64,000 nucleotides of DNA from Anthoceros angustus (Eukaryota > Plantae > Anthocerotophyta). Location of the stretch: assembly GCA_010909165.1 (NCBI GenBank), contig MU008166.1, forward strand, positions 310,001 through 374,000. Direction: 5' to 3'. The position numbers and the translations under genes are program-made. Below are positions 60,719 through 64,000 of this stretch, piece after piece. The notes beneath the pieces are model-generated. The model did not search any database, had not been told where the DNA came from, and worked only from the letters and a program-made list of their open reading frames with translations. The number at the start of each line of letters is the position of its first letter. Positions within the stretch are counted from its first letter, which is position 1.

Positions 60719-61310
60719 ACGCTGATGATCCAGCCAACTAAAATCACTTTCAGCCAGGTGTTGGAACTGCGACACCTGCCACAATCCCAGCTCGATAGAC
60801 AAGTTCACCACAGACGGATTTCCTACCTGTGTAGTGTAATTTGGATTTTACCGCAGCATATGTCTGTCTAAGCGTATTACGTACCTGTGACCATTTACGT
60901 ATTTGGACGGTGGTGGCCGCTCGGTATTGCATCTTTTTATTCCTACCCCAGGCTTTATAGTACCCCTCTTTTCCTGTACTAGGCCTTTGGTTATCTACGC
61001 TGTACAGGACTGACGATCTTGTAATGTTCAAACGGAGGAAATAATTAACTGCAGAAAAATAACAAAGTTACAATGCCATGGTTTGCAGCTACATATGTAC
61101 ATATGGCTCTACAAGATCGAACTGGATGAGATAAATTACAGCCACCACCATCTATTGCAATATTTCCTGACAACTGCCGACTGAACTGAGTGAAACATGC
61201 ATTCGCATTCAACCGCTGTTTGCCGCACCGTTGTGCAGAAAGATTCTAACATATCAGAGGCTAAAAGACGAGCATGGAGACCGTGGGTACCGCGGTATCT
61301 TGTTGGGAAG

Positions 61311-62925
61311 TCAGTACTCATCTCTTCGAACAGTGTCAGTCATCCAGCAGCCTTCGTAAGGACCCTCCTCCTGCGAGGGGCCACAAACTACAACGTGAGT
61401 CTCCAACGTTCCAGCATGATCTTTCAACAGCTTTGCAACATCTTGAAAGGCAGTTCAGGATACCTACCTGCTTTGATAGTGACCATATGAAAATTCCTTT
61501 GGCACCTCCAGCTCCAACAATGGAAATCCGCTGATCATGCACAGAATCCATGTATTACATTCGCAAGGTTCCACAAGGTTTGCACAACCTGAACGACCTT
61601 TAGAATAATGTTCAAGTAGCAAGCCTTGTACCTGCTGAAATCTGTTTGGGCCGATAGTTATTGTGCTCAGAATGTCCGCACTAGTATGTCCGAGCATCAC
61701 CTGCATTCCAGGTCCCCCATAGCAAACATGAAAGCCCAGAACATCTGAACTTCTATTTAAGCATTATTATCCTCTCCTGTACTTCTACATAGCTAACTCC
61801 TGGAAGAGCGAACCGAGTTGGATTTCCCTCACGGAGCTTACTCTGTAAGGTCGGCCTTCAAGCATTTCTGAGAACTGAGACAAGGGTCCTGTGTGAGCTT
61901 TATTCCCTGGTGAAGCGAATTCGTACCTGGAAGCCAGCCACTAGTTTAATGGATCCTCATGCCATGGACAGCTCACAAAGCTACCTCAACTTAGAACAGG
62001 TAATGCATCACTTACACTAACGCTAAGTCCATGTCATGCAAAGCTTTTAACTGAGCTTGGACAACCTGAGACGGCTGGACCTGCCAACGACAAGGCAGGA
62101 TATCAAACATCTGCTCTCAGTCACTTAGTACGCTGAAGCTCAGAACAACTCCAAACCTGCCTTGCGTAATCAGAAAGCAAATGACCAACGGGCAAAAGGC
62201 AAAGACTACCGCTGGGTGTGGCTTCTGGGGAAGTCCTTTCTCACCACCACTGCAATGTCAACACAAAAGCAGTACGTGTTAGCGTCCTAACCAAGGGCAA
62301 TCAAGATGACGCAGCAATTGCACAACAGACTGCGCTGCCCTAACCCATTCTGACTAGGTGAAGTCTGATCAGAGTCGGTTGCTGCAGCAGTGATTGTGGT
62401 ATCCCTCTTCCAACTGGACTGACTTGTCTCCCACGAGCAACAATCAGTCTGCAAAGCTGAACCAGCTGAAAACCCAGAAGTCCTCGAGGATAAGGAATCC
62501 ACACTTTTTACTGTTAGTCTTCTCCTGGGAGGCGCATCTCCAAAGCTGATAAGGCTGCATTTACTTGGTAATCTTCCTTCTGCCTGAGTAATACTAGTCC
62601 TTGACTCCACTCTGCCAGCGAGCAACACTACCGAACCTTTCTGTACAACTTCTGTCAAAGAACCTGTCCGCACAACATGCCCGTGCTTTCCAAGCCTTAC
62701 AGGCGATCGGCCACAGATGACTAGACGGGAGACTAAGCCTACACTAGATGGAGCTACACCTGCCCTTAAACCTTGACTCCAAAACTTCTTCTTGGCTCCC
62801 CTGGTGCAAGAGAGAGACCTGGCTACCATATGTGTGTCGGCACCGCGGACCCTGTCATGCTCTACACATGGTGCACTGCCGAAAAACGACAGAGAGGGTG
62901 CATCCAAGGCCATTACTGGTCGCAT
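61311..62925 (-). CDS. DUF4864-like (NTF2-fold-like) protein, probably plastid-targeted, ~316-320 aa, 7 exons
   Basis: Exons 62925(or 62913)-62345, 62249-62210, 62080-62016, 61926-61842, 61700-61632, 61530-61468, 61370-61311; GT-AG, phases match. Spliced domain: LPQKPHPAVQPSQVVQAQLKALHDMDLALVYEFASPGNKAHTGPLSQFSEMLEGRPYRVMLGH..RFQQRISIVGAGGAKGIFIWSLSKQEEGPYEGCWMTDTV. Ser/Arg-rich N-terminus; start codon uncertain. Confidence 0.8.
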
Positions 62926-64000
62926 GCCACCGCTCCCGCTATGAGGACACCGACGGTAGTTCACAATCAGGAAAAACTGGAGACGACCGCTTCGAATCTC
63001 AAAAGCACTCCAACATCTGTTGATATCACTCAGTAGACCTCCAGGATTCTCCTTCGCAGTCTGCAATCGTCCTGTTTTCCAAGGCGGAGTGTTAGGAAGC
63101 TGATAAAAAACCTTTCTTCCTCTCTTGTGCTTACAGCGCTCTTTGGGGCATACACAGGACCACCTAACAAGGCAGGCACAAAATGCAAAACGCACAAAAC
63201 AAAGCTTTGTCCATAGCCACTTGACACTGCCATGGCGTTGAATCACCGTGAGATGGAAGCCTGACGAAGAGACAATGCGACTACCTTATCAAGACGCGCA
63301 TTCAACTGCAATTCAAACTCGGTAGCAATGACGCACGACCGAGGCCGCAGATCTATGTACTCCAATCCCACTCCTACACCCGAAACAATTAAGGGGAAAA
63401 CAGTTGCCTGCCTCAAAATTGCCGCAGAGGACGCGCTAGGGCGAGCGAACTCACCAGACCAGTCCAGTCAAGACACGGGCCGAGGCGTCCCCAATTCAGC
63501 TCAAATTGAGAGCAGCAGCTGGAAGGCATGCAGGCACGGCAGCGTAGGGACGGAGAAGAAGGAAGTTCGAGGATCCGGCCACCGGCAAATTTCCAGCTTC
63601 CAGCTTCCCGGCCTCGCAGCTTGACGTCCCGTCTTCACGTAGTGCGGAAGCAGCGGAATTGGGAGCCGGGCCGGGCATTTACCTGGCCCTCCGCGGCCTA
63701 GGCTGCGGCAGGCAATTGCGCGAAAGCGAGGCCGCAGAACGGGCGCTGATCCATGGACCGCAGAGCGTCGCAAAGGACAAAGCTCGGCAGCACAAAGAAG
63801 CGGAGAATCGCGACAGATGCCGGGGCAAGCAACGCCGTTGAGTGTGCGGTAAGAAAGGCAAACGGAAGGCGTCGGAAGAATCCTGCTTCCCGCCGTCTCT
63901 CTCCTGCCAGCGGATTGCCCCCCGGGCTAGACGTGCCCTGCACCGCAGCGTGCCACACAGGCAGCCGAAATGCGGTTTAGAGTGGGCGGCCGCGCGGATT

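Noticed and set aside
61336-61551. RISIVGAGGAKG..LLDD as an NB-ARC P-loop/kinase-2 remnant
   Set aside because: The segment is exactly a 63-nt exon of the DUF4864-like gene with matching splice phases; there is no GKT and the rest of that ORF is intron read-through.

Overview
Land-plant nuclear DNA. Short GT-AG introns, GC-rich exons and compact genes suggest a non-seed plant such as a lycophyte (inference only). Apparently intact host genes: SNF7/VPS32, a 1268-aa RING-less RAWUL (LAX2-like) protein, a class CI small HSP, a single-domain DUF26/Gnk2-like secreted protein, an intronless ORF with an MBD-like C-terminus, and a 7-exon DUF4864-like gene. There is also an RPA49 pseudogene, a decayed two-gene Harbinger element, an RLE-type non-LTR fragment, two non-autonomous inverted-repeat elements, several minisatellites and two AT-rich islands of orphan ORFs. 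The most unusual part is the central block (~29.6-52.3 kb). A Sola-like DDD transposase gene lies head-to-head with a spliced gene fusing a ParB/Srx-like domain (GGNH motif) to a beta-class amino (N6A/N4C)-type DNA methyltransferase fold, and a second, different DDD transposase follows. This block is a patchwork of partial tandem copies joined at 6-10 nt microhomologies with many small indels, so copy number and frameshifts there may be partly assembly artefact. I saw no CRISPR array, rRNA or tRNA. All family assignments are by motif recognition by eye; no database search was run.
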